Origin: Octopus vulgaris
Lineage: Eukaryota
Reading direction: 5' to 3'
DNA length: 64,000 nt
Assembly: GCA_951406725.2 (NCBI GenBank)
Contig: OX597837.1
Coordinates: 32,054,001 to 32,118,000, forward strand
The notes under the pieces were generated by a model, which saw only the letters and a list, made by a program, of their open reading frames with translations, was not told where the DNA came from and did no database searches. Made by a program: the position numbers and the translations under genes. Below are positions 25,953-39,685 of this stretch, piece after piece; position 1 is the stretch's first letter; each line of letters opens with the position of its first letter.

Positions 25953-26476
25953 GGTCTCTTTTACTATGTTGCGAGGACGTAAATACACACCAGTTGTCAA
26001 GCGTTGGGGGTGACTCAAACACATGCACACACAGTGTAGTCCCATGCGTTGGAGATGGCCAAAATTATGCCAGTTAAATATGCCATGAAGCAATTAAGTC
26101 TAGTGCTACTATCCTATGACGCAGTACGCCAGAAAATTAAGGACATGAGTCAGGAAATATCAGTCTAATATATCAGCGTGATATTAAACGTAGGCCAGCA
26201 AAACTCAGCATGCAACGCGATTAATCAGCTGACGTCTCAATCAGCAGCCAATTAATAGGTTATGTTTTTCTCTTTTATTCCTTTATTTGTTTTAGTCGTT
26301 GGACGGTGGCCATGCTGGAGCACGGACTTGTATGTAAGTTTAATCGAAGAAATCGGCCCCAGTACTTATTTTAAGTGCGGAGCCCTATTCCATAGGTGTC
26401 TGATAAGGTACGGGGACGTAAGCAAACCAACAATTGTTTATCAAGCGGTGTGTGTGGAGAGGGCCCAAAGACAAAC

Positions 26477-26555
<79 letters not shown>

Positions 26556-26558
26556 GCG

Positions 26559-26593
<35 letters not shown>

Positions 26594-27179
26594 GTGTATG
26601 TGTGTGTGTGTGTGAGTGTGTGTGTAGGAATTGTATTGGTTTGCTCGTGTTCAGTTCGCTACCGGACGAGGACCTCAGCATGTTCTGTCCACCAACCGCC
26701 GTCCGATGTGTAAGCCGTGAGTTTGAGCTGAGATAATAATTGTTTGATGAGCCGACTCGACCACACTGGGTCGTCATGGCTTGGCTGATGGGTACCATTT
26801 TTTTTATACTCACACCCAAGAGTATTTAAGTCAATTACATCGACCCCAGTGCTCACTGGTATTTATTTTATCGACCCCGAAAGAATGAAAGGCAAAGTCG
26901 ACCTCGGAGGAATTCGAGCTCCTAAGTCAGGACAGACGAAATACCGCTAAACAGTTCGTCTGGTGTGCTAAAATTTAGGCAATCCTGGGTTTTGGGTTAT
27001 GCAAAGAGACAACTTTATTCTGGAAACTGAACTGAATAGATTATTAACCAATGATCCTTAAACGCAAAGAAGCGAAACATCATGTGTAAATGTATCCTCG
27101 CAGATGTATGTTTACCAGGTGGTTACACCCGGCCACCGCTTGGACAATTTTGGTGTTTTGGTTCTCTTACCAACTACCC

Positions 27180-27805
27180 GGTTTATCAGCCGAGTCTATC
27201 ATCAATATCGTCCCGCCCCCTTCCTTCAAACGGGAAGGAAGAGCTTTTTTATCATACTTGTGGCTATGGCGAAAGAATGTATCTGGTGGACGCGTCTGAA
27301 AGGATTAGAGACAAACACTTTCCTCTCTGGTCAATCTCTCATCAACTTCTTCAAGTATCACTTGAAAAGGAAAGTGAGAGTAGAGAGGCAAGTTTTGTCT
27401 AGCGAATGTTTCAAAAACAGATGGGTGAATGTAGCAAGGATGGCACGTATGAATGACGAAGCCACCTTGAGCATAATCCTATGAACCCGGAAAAATTTAA
27501 AACAGAGAGTTACTTACTTGCAAATAAATGTGTTAACATGTGACATTATTGACCGAGGTTACCGTGGTCTTTTCCGTAGGCTTTTCTTTCCACGAATAAA
27601 CCTTATCTGTTTCCCCCTTTACACTCTATACCATGACATTTCTGTGATACACGATCCCTATTGATCGTTGTTTTTTTTCTTTTCTTTCCTTTTTATGATC
27701 CCTTCTGATCGAAAACCTACCCCACTTTTTTTTCTCACCAAAAAGAAAAGTTCTACCTTATAATTTGTCCCATCTGTGTTCAGCCCTGTGTGGCTAATAA
27801 AGAAA
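27180..27805 (+). mobile_element. Tx1/L1-clade-like LINE 3' end (ORF2 C-terminus plus 3'UTR)
   Basis: LSAESIINIVPPPSFKREGRAF/FIILVAMAKECIWWTRLKG...FFKYHLKRKVRVERQVLSSECFKNRW resembles the AK..IW..R...RW C-terminus of Tx1/L1 ORF2. Stop at 27484; T-rich UTR; a second UTR fragment lies at 53692-53820 (-). Confidence 0.72.
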
Positions 27806-27859
27806 CATATGTTTGTAAAAGAAGGTTTTCCTGTATTTCTGAACACCAAAATCCTCAAA

Positions 27860-28277
27860 GGCACAGGAATGGCTGTGTGGTAAGTAGCTTGCCAACCAAC
27901 CACAGGCTTCCGGGTTCAGTCCCACTGCGTGGCACCTTGGGCAAGTGTCTTCTACTATAGCCTCGGGCCGACCAAAGCCTTGTGAGTGGATTTGGTAGAC
28001 GGAAACTGAAAGAAGCCCGTCGTATATATGTATATATATATATATATATGTGTGTACGTGTATGTTTGTGTGTCTGTGTTTGTTCCCCTAGCATTGCTTG
28101 ACAACCGATGCTGGTGTGTTTATGTCCCCGTCACTTAGCGGTTCGGCAAAAGTGACCGATAAAATAAGTACTGGGCTTACAAAGAATAAGTCCCGGGTCG
28201 AGTTTGCTCGACTAAAGGCGGTGTCCAGCATGGCCGCAGTCAAATGACTGAAACAAGTAAAAGAGTAAAAGAGTAAA
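27860..28277 (+). mobile_element. SINE A, full length
   Basis: Head to (GTAAAAGA)n tail. Confidence 0.93.
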
Positions 28278-28383
28278 GTGAAGAAATCGAGACGATGTGT
28301 CAAAAGACTAATGACTAACCACTAATCTTGTCAATAAATCTATGTTTCAAAGTCAGATGGGTGAATGTATCGAGCAAGGATGG

Positions 28384-28524
28384 AACTTATTCTTTGTAAG
28401 CCCAGTACTTATTCCATCGGTCTCTTTTGCCGAACCGCTAAATGTCGGGGACATAAACACACCAGCATTGGTTGTCAAGCGATGCTAGGGGGACAAACAC
28501 ACAAACAGACAAACGCACATACAT

Positions 28525-28623
<99 letters not shown>

Positions 28624-28765
28624 CATATATACGACAGGCTTCTTTCATTTTCCGTCTACCAAATCCACTCACAGAAGACACTTGCCCAAGATGCCACCAC
28701 GCAGTGGGACTGCACCCAGAACCATGTGGTTGGTTAGCAAGCTACTTACCACACAGCCATTCCTG
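28384..28765 (-). mobile_element. SINE A, tail-truncated
   Basis: Reverse complement of A with a small internal deletion. Confidence 0.88.
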
Positions 28766-29087
28766 TAAGCTGATTCTATGTTTTCATAACACACAAAAAA
28801 AAAAACAGCTCCCAAAATCTCAATGGATTAGCAAAAGTCAATGTCATAACGTAATGGATATATCAATGAAAAAACAGTTCGAGTTAATCTTTCTTACTTC
28901 TTCTCTTTTCTTTCTCGCCTTCTTTCGTTCTTCGTTTCCTTTCTTCTTTCCTTCTTTTTCGCTTTCTTTCCTTCTTCCTTTACTTTGATATTAATGTCAC
29001 TTCAACTGTAATCTGACACATAAATCAGAGTTATAATATATAATAGTTATACATAGTCTGTATAGTAAAGTCATTGACCGGTTTACT

Positions 29088-29497
29088 ATCTTTTTATCTT
29101 TTTATCTTTTACTTGTTTCAGTCATTTGACTGCGGCCATGCTGGAGCACCGCCTTTAGTCGAGCAAATCGACCCCGGGACTTATTCTTTGTAAACCCAGT
29201 ACTTATACTATCGGTCTCTTTTTGCCGAACCGCTAAGTGACGGGGACGTAAACACGCCAGCATCGGTTGTCAAGCAATGCTAGGGGGACAAACACAGACA
29301 CACAAATACACACATACATATATATATATATACTTATATACGACAGGCTTCTTTCAGTTTCTGCCTACCAAATCCACTCACAAGGCATTGGTCGGCCCGG
29401 GGCTATAGCAGAAGACACTTGCCCAAGATGCCACGCAGTGGGACTGAACCCGGAACCATATGGTTGGTTAGCAAGCTACTTACCACACAGCCACTCC
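29088..29497 (-). mobile_element. SINE A, full length
   Basis: (ATCTTTT)n tail variant to head. Confidence 0.92.
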
Positions 29498-29660
29498 TCT
29501 TTCACTTGTTTCAGTCATTACCCTGTTGCCATGCTGGAGCACTGCTTTGAAGGGTTTTAGTCAAACAAATCGACCCCAGTACTTCAAATACTTTTTCTTT
29601 TGTGTTTGTTTGTCTTGGGAGTTTTTTTCGTTTCTTTTCTTTTTTTTTCTTTTTTTATAT

Positions 29661-29933
29661 TAAATCTGGTACTTATTCTATGGGTCTCTTTTGCCGAACG
29701 GCTAAGTTACAGGAACGTAAACAAACCAACATCGGTTGTCAAACGGTGGGGGGTGGTCATACACAGACACAAAGACAGAATCACAAAGACACACACACAC
29801 ATCTCTTTGCACTCCGTCGGTTACGACGATGACTACCAGACTTTCAGAAAACAAAACAGAAGTACTGGGGTTGTTTCGTTGGCAGTGCCCCAGAATGGTC
29901 GCAGTCCAATGAATGAAACAAGTAGAAGATAAA
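29661..29933. repeat. Inverted-plus-direct templated copy of 30671-30939
   Basis: 29661-29829 is the reverse complement of ~30671-30835, including the SINE B tail/flank junction. 29832-29933 is a direct copy of 30823-30939. Confidence 0.85.
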
Positions 29934-30099
29934 CTCAAACCTCAAACATTATTATTAATCCTGCTATGTTCCAATATGCCTTCAAAAGATGCCAAAAGAT
30001 TGGTTTTAATTTCTATATGGCACACCAAATACAGAATGAGAGGGAAAACGATCAGGATTTTTATCATTTTTATTTATAGGCGCAAGTATGACCTTATAT

Positions 30100-30940
30100 G
30101 GGAGCGGGTATGGTTTGTGGTTAAGAAGATTGCTTTCCAAACGCGTGGTTTTGGGTTCGGTTTAATTGTACAGTGTCTTGAGCAAGTTTCGTCTACTGAG
30201 GACCCGAGCCGACCAAAAACCTGTGGGTGAATTTGGTAGACCGAAATTCTATGAGAGCCCAGCATTTATGTGTCTAAGCGTGTGTTTGTATGTGTATGTG
30301 TGTGTGTAGAGGCGCAATGGCCCAGTGGTTAGGGCAGTGGACTCGCGGTCATAGGATCGCTGTTTCGATTCCCAGACCAGGCGTTGTGAGTGTTTATTGA
30401 GCGAAAACACCTAAAAAGCTCCACCAGGCTCCGGCAGGTGGGGGTGGTGATCCCTGCTGTACTCTTTCACCACAACTTTCTCTCACTCTTACTTCCTGTT
30501 TCTGTTGTACCTGTATTTCAAAGGGCTGGCCTGGTAACTATCTGTGTCACGCTGAATATCCCCGAGAACTACGTTAAGGGTACACGTGTCTGTGGAGTGC
30601 TCAGCCACTTACACGTTAATTTCACGAGCAGGCTGTTCCGTTGATTTGATCGGATCAACCGGAACCCTCGTCGTCGTAACCGACGGCGTGCAAAGAGATG
30701 TGTGTGTGTCTTTGTGATTCTGTCTTTGTGTCTGTGTATGACCCTCCCACCGTTTGACAATCGATGTTGGTTTGTTTACGTTCCTGTAATTTAGCCGTTC
30801 GGCAAAAGAGACCCATAGAATAACTACCAGACTTTAAGAAAACAAAACAGTGCTGGGGTTGTTTCGTTGGACCACGGCCCTTCAAGGCAGTGCACCAGTA
30901 TGGTCGCAATCCAATGAATGAAACAAGTAGAAGATAAAAT
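30100..30940 (+). mobile_element. Old A-like SINE with SINE B (30309-30690) nested in its central (TG)n
   Basis: A-like 5' half at 30100-30307, full B, A-like 3' half at 30700-30940; ATGTGTGTGTGT on both sides of B. Confidence 0.9.
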
Positions 30941-30964
30941 ATACGATCAAAGGTGAATGTTACT

Positions 30965-31239
30965 GTATGTATGTATATATGTATGTATGTATGTGTGTAT
31001 ATGTATGTGTGTATGTACGTATGTATGTATGTATGTATGTATGTGTGTATATGTATGTATGTATGTATGTATATATGTATGTGTGTATATGTATGTATGT
31101 ACGTACGTATGCATGTATGTATGGATGGATGGATGTATGTATGTGTGTATGTACGTACGTACGTACGTATGTATGTATATATGTATGTATGTATGTATGT
31201 ACGGACGTACGTACGTATGTATGTATATATGTATGTGTG

Positions 31240-31271
<32 letters not shown>

Positions 31272-31480
31272 TGTATGTATGTATGTATGTACGTACGTAC
31301 GACGTACGTACGTACGTATGTATGTATGTATGTATGTATGTATGTATGTACGTACGTACGTACGTACGTATGTATGCATGTATGTATGTATGTATGTATG
31401 TATGTATGTATGTATGTGTGTATGTATGTATGTATGTATGTATGTATGTATGTATGTATGTATGTATGTATGTGTGTATG

Positions 31481-31512
<32 letters not shown>

Positions 31513-31513
31513 T
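30965..31513. repeat. (TATG)n/(TACG)n microsatellite
   Basis: Directly visible. Confidence 0.98.
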
Positions 31514-31767
31514 ACGATTCTCTCTTCCAAATTTCATTCCCGAAACATTGCTTAATCGGATGCTGTATTCCAATTCTTGACCGAGAAGTCGTACTGTGGG
31601 ACCGAACCTGGAACCTTGTGGTTGCAAAGTGCCTCTTATGAGCGTATGTATGTGCATGTTACGTATATTTGTATATGAGCATATGTGTGTAACGTATACG
31701 TGACTGCATATAATGCCTGTGCATGAGTGTGTCTGTATATGTGTACACAATCTATGTGTGCATCAGT

Positions 31768-31848
<81 letters not shown>

Positions 31849-32081
31849 TATGCGTAAGCGCGTGTAATGTATGTGTGTATGTGTATGTTTGTTTACGTTC
31901 CTATCAACAGCGTGTTGGCGGAAGAGTATGAAGCGAATGTGTTAAACCGTTTAGCACGATCAGAGGAACGCATGACGTACCGTGACGGATTTACTCCCGG
32001 CATGGTTCAATGGCTTTACTTATTGACAAAGCAGAATGCCTACCTCTCAGATCAACAAAACAGCTTCAGTAGCAGCATCTT

Positions 32082-33228
32082 CCTTTTCTACTCTAGGCAC
32101 AAGGCCGGAAATTTTTGGGGAGTTGTGACAGTCGATTAGATCGACCCCTATACGCAACCGGTACTTAATTTATCGACCCCGATAGGATCAAAGGCAAATT
32201 CGACGACGGCGAAATTTGAAATCAGAACGTAACGACAGACGAAATACTTGTTTCTTTACTACACACAAAGGGCTAAACACAGAAGGGATAAACAAGGACA
32301 GACAAACGGATTAAGTCGATTATATCGACCCCAGTGCGTAACTGGTACTTATTTAATCGACCCCGAAAGGTTGAAAGGTAAAGTCGACCTCGGCGGAATT
32401 TGAACTCAGAACGTAGCAACAGGCGAAATACCGCTAAGCATTTCGCCCGGTATGCTAACGTTTCTTATTTCTTTACTGCCCACAAGGGGTTAAACATAGA
32501 GGGGACAAACAAGGACAGACAAACGGATTAAGTCGATTATATCGACCCCAATGCGTAACTGGTACTTAATTTATCGACCCCGAAAGGATGAAAGGCAAAG
32601 TCGACCTCGGCGGAATTTGAACTCAGAACGTAACGACAGACGAAATACCGCTAAGCATTTCGCCCGGTGTGCTAACGCCTCTTATTTCTTTATTGCCCAC
32701 AAGGGGATAAACATAGAGGGGACAAAAAGGACAGACAAAAGGATTAAGTCGGTTATATCTACCCCAGTGCGTAACTGGTACTTAATTTATCGACCCCGAA
32801 AGATGAAAGGCAAGTCCAGTGCGTAACTGGTACTTCATTCATTGACCCCGAAAGGATGAAAAGCAAAGTCGACCTCGGCGGAATTTGAACTCAGAACGTA
32901 AAGACAGACGAAATACCTATTTCTTTACTACCCACAAGGGGCTAAACACAGAGGGAACAAACAAGGACAGACAAACAGATTAAGTCGATTATATCGACGC
33001 CAGTGCGTAACTGGTAATTATTCAATCGACCCCGAAAGGATGAAAGGCAAAGTCGACCTCGGCGGAATTTGAACTCAGAACGTAACGGCAGACGAAATAC
33101 GGCTACGCATTTCGCCCGGCGTGCTAACGTTTCCACCAGCTCGTCGCTTGAATATTCTTTTCTACTCTAGGCACAAGGCCTGAATTTTTTGGAGAAGGGG
33201 TCCAGTCGATTCTGCCAGCTCGCCGCCT
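32082..33228 (-). mobile_element. SINE F tandem array (~5 units) with mixed tails, plus an internally deleted copy (33153-33228)
   Basis: Internal units end in the GTAAAGAAATA-type tail; the terminal unit ends in GCCTTGTGCCTAGAGTAGAAAAG. Two junction types are present. Confidence 0.9.
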
Positions 33229-33434
33229 TAGCAGCAACACCTTCCATCGAACCAATGAAGTTCATGTACATGAGGCATCGATTTTCTAGATATAGCACCC
33301 AAATTTCCCTCAAATCATACTCCTACCGTCCTAGGATAGAGGTTTGTTATGCTCACTGCATGAAGTATATTAATACAGCTTTACTATTGTTTTCCGTGTT
33401 GATGGCGTTTCTGAGTAATAACCGTTAGAGATAT

Positions 33435-33654
33435 AGAGGGTGGGTCACAAGTCACGAACGAAGTAAGTTCAGAATACTCCGGAATTGTCAAAGATATGCT
33501 TCAGCTTTTATTTTTTAAATTTGAATGAAGTAAATAAAACAATGGTGAGTACACACGCACTTGTACGTGATGAAAAAATGAATAGGAATAATAGTATTAA
33601 AGAAATATAAAGAATATAACAGATGTTTTGGTGCCTGACTTTTGGCCCATCCGA
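33435..33654. mobile_element. Possible old Tc1/mariner-type MITE
   Basis: Imperfect inverted ends GGGTGGGTCACAAGTCA and TGACTTTTGGCCCATCC. Confidence 0.4.
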
Positions 33655-33785
33655 TGTGTGTGTGTGTGTGTGTGCGTGCATATGTGTGTGCATATGTGTG
33701 TGTGTGTTTTTATACATGCATGCATATATACGTATATACATAAATATATTTTTAAAAGCACCCAATTTATATATGTATATATATG

Positions 33786-34167
33786 TGGAAGCACTCCGTC
33801 GGTTACGACGACGAGGGTTCCGGTTGATCCGAATCAACGGAGCAGCCTGCTCGTGAAATTAACGTGTAAGTGGCTGAGCACTCCACAGACACGTGTACCC
33901 TTAACGTAGTTCTCGGGGATATTCAGCGTGACACAGAGAGTGACAAGGCCGGCCCTTTCAAATACAGGTACAACAGGAACAGGAAGTAAGAGTGAGAGAA
34001 AGTTGTGGTGAAAGAGTACAGCAGGAATCACCACCATCCCTGCAGGAGCCTCGTGGAGCCTTAGGTGTTTTCGCTCAATAAACACTCACAACGCCCGGTC
34101 TGGGAATCGAAACCGCGATCCTACGACCGCGAGTCCGCTGCCCTAACCACTGGGCCATTGCGCCTCC
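33786..34167 (-). mobile_element. SINE B, full length
   Basis: Flanked by ATGTATATATA. Confidence 0.93.
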
Positions 34168-34181
34168 ACATGTATATATAT

Positions 34182-34360
34182 AACTTAGATAAAAGCTTAG
34201 ATTTTTTCGACCAAAGATTAGTCCCGGCCATGTCTAACTTAATAGGATAGGATTATCTAAATCCTTTTTAAGTCAAGTTTTGTGTTATCGTGGTCTATTC
34301 ATGTAGGGAGTTCTTGTTGAGTGAGTTGTATCCAGGTATGGGTGGGTTATCTGGTAATCA
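34182..34360 (-). mobile_element. Second copy of the unclassified 15495-15678 repeat
   Basis: Reverse-complement homology throughout. Confidence 0.65.
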
Positions 34361-34438
34361 TTGAAGGAATTTGTCTTGACTCCGTTATAAACACACATAC
34401 ACACACACACACATACACACACACATATACACACACAC

Positions 34439-34501
<63 letters not shown>

Positions 34502-34577
34502 CTTTGCCTATACGGCTGTAGCTTGAGGCCACAAAAATTAATATCTCCCATGAGTATTAATGTTCTCTATTTATTAT

Positions 34578-34629
<52 letters not shown>

Positions 34630-34979
34630 ATGTATATATATGCATACATATACGCGTATACATATAAACATACATATGTATACATATATGTACATATATA
34701 AATTTGTACGTGTGTGTATATAAATTTACACATACATACCATGAATTAAATGAGCAAGAGTAAGTTAAACACTGTATAAAGTTGAAAGTTTATTATTTCG
34801 AGCAGTTGCTCTTAAACGGAGGTGTATACGAATTGGTAGAGGTTTTAAGGCAGTGGAAGAAATACCCTGTGGTGATAGACTTAATCTGTTGCCACTTTGC
34901 TGCGATTTTTGGACCAAAATTCCAGTAAAGAATATCTTTCACCCTCCCAATCATCCATCACTACCCCCACTCTTCTCTA

Positions 34980-35011
<32 letters not shown>

Positions 35012-35321
35012 ACTTACTCTCTCTTTCCTTCACAACAGTCTCGGAGGTCATATTAGGGATCGTTGGTCTAGTAGATTCCTTTTAATTATGCGATTTAAAA
35101 AAAATGAAAGCGAACGAAATAACTGTGTCTGGTTATCCAGCAACAGGACCACCGTAATGCTATGACGGACCATGAAGTCTGGCGTAACATAGTAAATTCC
35201 ATTGTCTCGAATACGGTCGAACAATGATGATGATGATGAGAGTAGGAAATTGGATGGCACCTGGAAACCGTGAGAATGTTCAAAATTTAGAGTCTCTTCT
35301 TTTATCTAATATACTCTTTAA

Positions 35322-35529
35322 ATACTCTTTTACTTGTTTCAGTCATTTGACTGCGGCCATGCTGGAGCACCGCCTTTAGTCGAGCAAATCGACCCCGGGG
35401 ACTTATTCTTTGTAAGCCCAGTACTTACTCTATCGGTCTCTTTTTGCCGAACCGCTAAGTTACGGGGACGTAAACACACCAGCATCGGTTGTCAAGCAAT
35501 GCTAGGGAGACAAACACAGACACATACAC

Positions 35530-35560
<31 letters not shown>

Positions 35561-35693
35561 CATATATACGACAGGCTTCTTTCAGTTTCCGTCTACCAAA
35601 TCCACACACAAGGCATTGGTCGGCCCGGGGCTATAGCAGAAGACACTTGCCCAAGATGCCACGCAGTGGGACTGAACCCGGAACCATGTGGTT
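35322..35693 (-). mobile_element. SINE A, head-truncated
   Basis: Tail to GGAACCATGTGGTTG. Confidence 0.9.
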
Positions 35694-35863
35694 GTCGACT
35701 GGAAGTGTCTGAGTCGAATAAATTATTTTTAAAGTCAGGTACGTATTCTATCGATTTCCTTTGCCGTACAGCTAGATGTTTGTTTATTTGTTGTTTTAAT
35801 CTTAACTTTTGAAAAACAAGAGACACAAAAGCGCTAGACACCATCTTTTTATTAAAAAAACAG

Positions 35864-36235
35864 CGGAGGCGCAATGGTCCAGTGGTTAGGGCAGCGGACT
35901 CGCGGTCATAGGATCGCGGTTTCGATTCCCAGACCGGGCGTTGTGAGTGTTTATTGAGCGAAAACACCTAAAAGCTCCACGAGGCTCCGGCAGGGATGGT
36001 GGTGATCCCTGCTGTACTCTTTCTCTCACTCTTACTTCCTGTTTCTGTTGTACCTGTATTTCAAGGGGCCGGCCTTGTCACTCTCTGTGTCACGCTGAAT
36101 ATCCCCGAGAACTACGTTAAGGGTGCACGTGTCTGTGGAGTGCTCAGCCACGTACACGTTAATTTCACGAGCAGGCTGTTCCGTTGATTCGGATCAACCG
36201 GAACCCTCATCGTCGTAACCGACGGAGTGCTTCCA
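35864..36235 (+). mobile_element. SINE B
   Basis: TSD ATTAAAAAAACA; short internal deletion. Confidence 0.93.
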
Positions 36236-36301
36236 AATTAAAAAAACAAAAACAAATATGTGTTTGAGGGAGAAATGGAGAAATCATCAGATACAATAGC
36301 C

Positions 36302-37218
36302 CGGTGGTTCGCAACCATTTTTACCTATGGACCTTTTTGTTTACCCCCATAGCTATTCGATATTTAAAAACTGGTTCTATAGACGCTTTCGAAATTTTGC
36401 TGTTAAATCGTTAACTTGTATAGGTTGACCTATGTAAAACATTACAGAAAGAAATATTGCTCTTTCTTATCTCTTTATTGCCCACAAAGAGGGGACGAAC
36501 AAGGACAGACAAACGGATTAAGTCGATTATATCGACCCCAGTGCGTAACTGGTACTTAATTTATCAACCCCGAAAGGATGAAAGGCAAAGTCGACTTCGG
36601 TGGAATTTGAACTCAGAACGTAGCCGGCAGACGAAATACCTATTTCTTTACTACCCACAAGGGGCTAAACACAGAGAGGACAAACAAGGACAGACAAACG
36701 GATTAAGTTGATTATATCGACCCCAGTGCGTAACTGGTACTTAATTTATCAACCCCGAAAGGATGAAAGGCAAAGTCGACTTCGGTGGAATTTGAACTCG
36801 GAACGTAGCCGGCAGACGAAATACCTATTTCTTTACTACCCACAACGGGCTAAACACAGAGAGGACAAACAAGGACAGACAAACGGATTAAGTCGATTAG
36901 ATCGACCCCAATGCGTAACTGGTACTTACTTAATCGACCCCGAAAGGATGAAAGGCAAAGTCGACCTCGGCGGAATTTGAACTCAGAACGTAACGGCAGA
37001 CGAAATACGGCTACGCATTTCGCCCGGCGTGCTAACGTTTCTGCCAGCGAACCGCCTTTATATGGCTCTTTCTTGCAACAAGTACATCTATGGGCAAAAT
37101 ATTTACATGGACCCTTAAAATACTACTTTTGGTACCCAATTTACTATTTTGCTTACGTTGATCCAAAACTTTTATATGGACTACTAGGGGACATATGGAC
37201 CACGGATGAAAACCACTG
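36302..37218. mobile_element. Old hAT/Charlie-like MITE interrupted by a SINE F array
   Basis: Ends CGGTGGTTCGCAACC and GGATGAAAACCACTG; no recognisable TSD. Confidence 0.5.
36466..37057 (-). mobile_element. SINE F array, 3 units, one head
   Basis: ~184-bp units; head at 37000-37057. Confidence 0.92.
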
Positions 37219-37619
37219 CTGTATTCCTAGATACACTATGCCCTGAAAAAATAAAAGAATAATGAAAAAGACGGTGGAATGATATTTGATATATGTCTAC
37301 TGGTTCTCAACTAGCCGGGGGTTAAACAACAACAGTCAGCTCTTTTATCATTTAATTTTTTTCCTCTGTTGAAGAACAAGAATCCAAAACGTTAGACTTC
37401 CTTCCTTCAATTCCTTCCTTCCTTCCTTCCTTCTACGATTTATTCTTCCTTTCTTTCTTTCCTCCTTCTCTGATTTTCTTTGTTCATTTCCTCCTTTCTC
37501 TGTTACTGCCGTTAAAACTATTCAACATTCCTCGAAAAACCGTGCTTGAAAGTATAAAATAATTCGCTGAAGTCTGGTTCAAATCAGACTATTGCTACTT
37601 TCCCTTCTCTCTCTCTCTA

Positions 37620-37669
37620 TCTATCTATATGTGTGTGTATGTGTGTGTGTATTTATATGTATGCATGTA

Positions 37670-37737
<68 letters not shown>

Positions 37738-37841
37738 CATATATATGAATGTATGTATACATCTATGGGTGTGTGTGTATATATATATATACATATATAT
37801 ATGTATGTATATACATATATATGAATGTATGTATACATCTA

Positions 37842-37908
<67 letters not shown>

Positions 37909-37931
37909 GCATATATATATATATATAAATA

Positions 37932-37985
<54 letters not shown>

Positions 37986-38054
37986 CATACATATGTATAT
38001 ATATATATATATATACATACATATGTATATATATATATATATATACATACATAC

Positions 38055-38104
<50 letters not shown>
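37620..38104. repeat. (TA)n-rich compound microsatellite
   Basis: Directly visible. Confidence 0.97.
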
Positions 38105-38106
<2 letters not shown>

Positions 38107-38463
38107 GTCGTTTTGTTTATAGTGTCTGATTACCGACCAGCCAACAGACTCGCAGACAAATTCCGGAATTCTTCAGAATAATTGAATGCGAAACCCCTTT
38201 ATCTTCTGTGAATAAACAATTGGTCATTAAGCTAAAACAACAAGACCCGGCGCCTGTTTTTCCCATTGCTCAATTTATCAAACTAACTCCCACCGCCGCC
38301 ACCTCACCACCAACACCGCCACCACCACCAACACCACCTCCATCACCGCCGCCACCGCCACCATCATCATCACCGCGACAGTCTCAGACACTACTGCTCC
38401 AATTTGTATTGTTTAAGTATGGTGCTTATCTAAGAATACCGCCATGCTATTATTCTTTTTCGC

Positions 38464-38465
<2 letters not shown>

Positions 38466-38525
<60 letters not shown>

Positions 38526-38591
38526 CATTATTATTATTATTACTATTATTATTATTACCATTATTATTATTAATATTATTATTATTATTAC

Positions 38592-38626
<35 letters not shown>

Positions 38627-38767
38627 GTATTAGTATTATAACTATTATTATCATCATTATTACTATTATTATTATCATCATTATTATTATTATTACTATT
38701 ATTATCATTATTATTATTATTATCATTATTATTATTATTACTATTATTATTATTATCATTATTTTCA

Positions 38768-38798
<31 letters not shown>

Positions 38799-38823
38799 TA
38801 GTATTATTATTATCATTATTACA

Positions 38824-38898
<75 letters not shown>

Positions 38899-38935
38899 AC
38901 TATTATTATTATTATTATTACTATTATTATTATCA

Positions 38936-38981
<46 letters not shown>

Positions 38982-39023
38982 TATTATTATTACTATTATT
39001 ATTATTATTATTATTATTACTAC

Positions 39024-39065
<42 letters not shown>

Positions 39066-39087
39066 CATTATTACTATTATAATTATA

Positions 39088-39137
<50 letters not shown>

Positions 39138-39145
39138 TATTATTG
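38466..39145. repeat. (ATT)n microsatellite, ~680 bp
   Basis: Directly visible. Confidence 0.98.
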
Positions 39146-39477
39146 CTGTAGTTGTTGTTGTTGTTGTTGTGGCTTATTCAATTTTTTACTTAGGTTCCTT
39201 TTTTTTCTTCTGTTATATTTAATTTTATTTGTTTTGTTTTTTGTTTTTTTGTTTTGTTTTTTTTGGTGGTGGGGATTTGTTTTTTCTAATTTTTGCCGTC
39301 CCCCAAATAGACATTGTAAAAGATTTTTTTATAGAATTCAAAAATATAAAAATATGTTACTGGAAATATATTTCTTTTTAAATATTATATGCTAACTGAA
39401 AAAATAATGAATTTAAAAATAATGTATATATTTTTTTTTAAATAATACATTAATAAAATGCATATATTTCTAAAATA

Positions 39478-39534
<57 letters not shown>

Positions 39535-39639
39535 TATATGTCTAGATAATATATAAAAATACAATATATGCATATATACATATATGAGTATATAATGAAG
39601 AGAAACAACTTCTGAATGAAATAATAAACAAGAATATAC

Positions 39640-39685
<46 letters not shown>

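Noticed and set aside
30655-31750. Long YVCM/HTYI ORFs (also 45922-46928, 58233-59780, 18249-20136, 38430-39137)
   Set aside because: Stop-free microsatellite frames.
34790-34915. Possible mariner C-terminal remnant on the minus strand
   Set aside because: Similarity too weak to support by eye.
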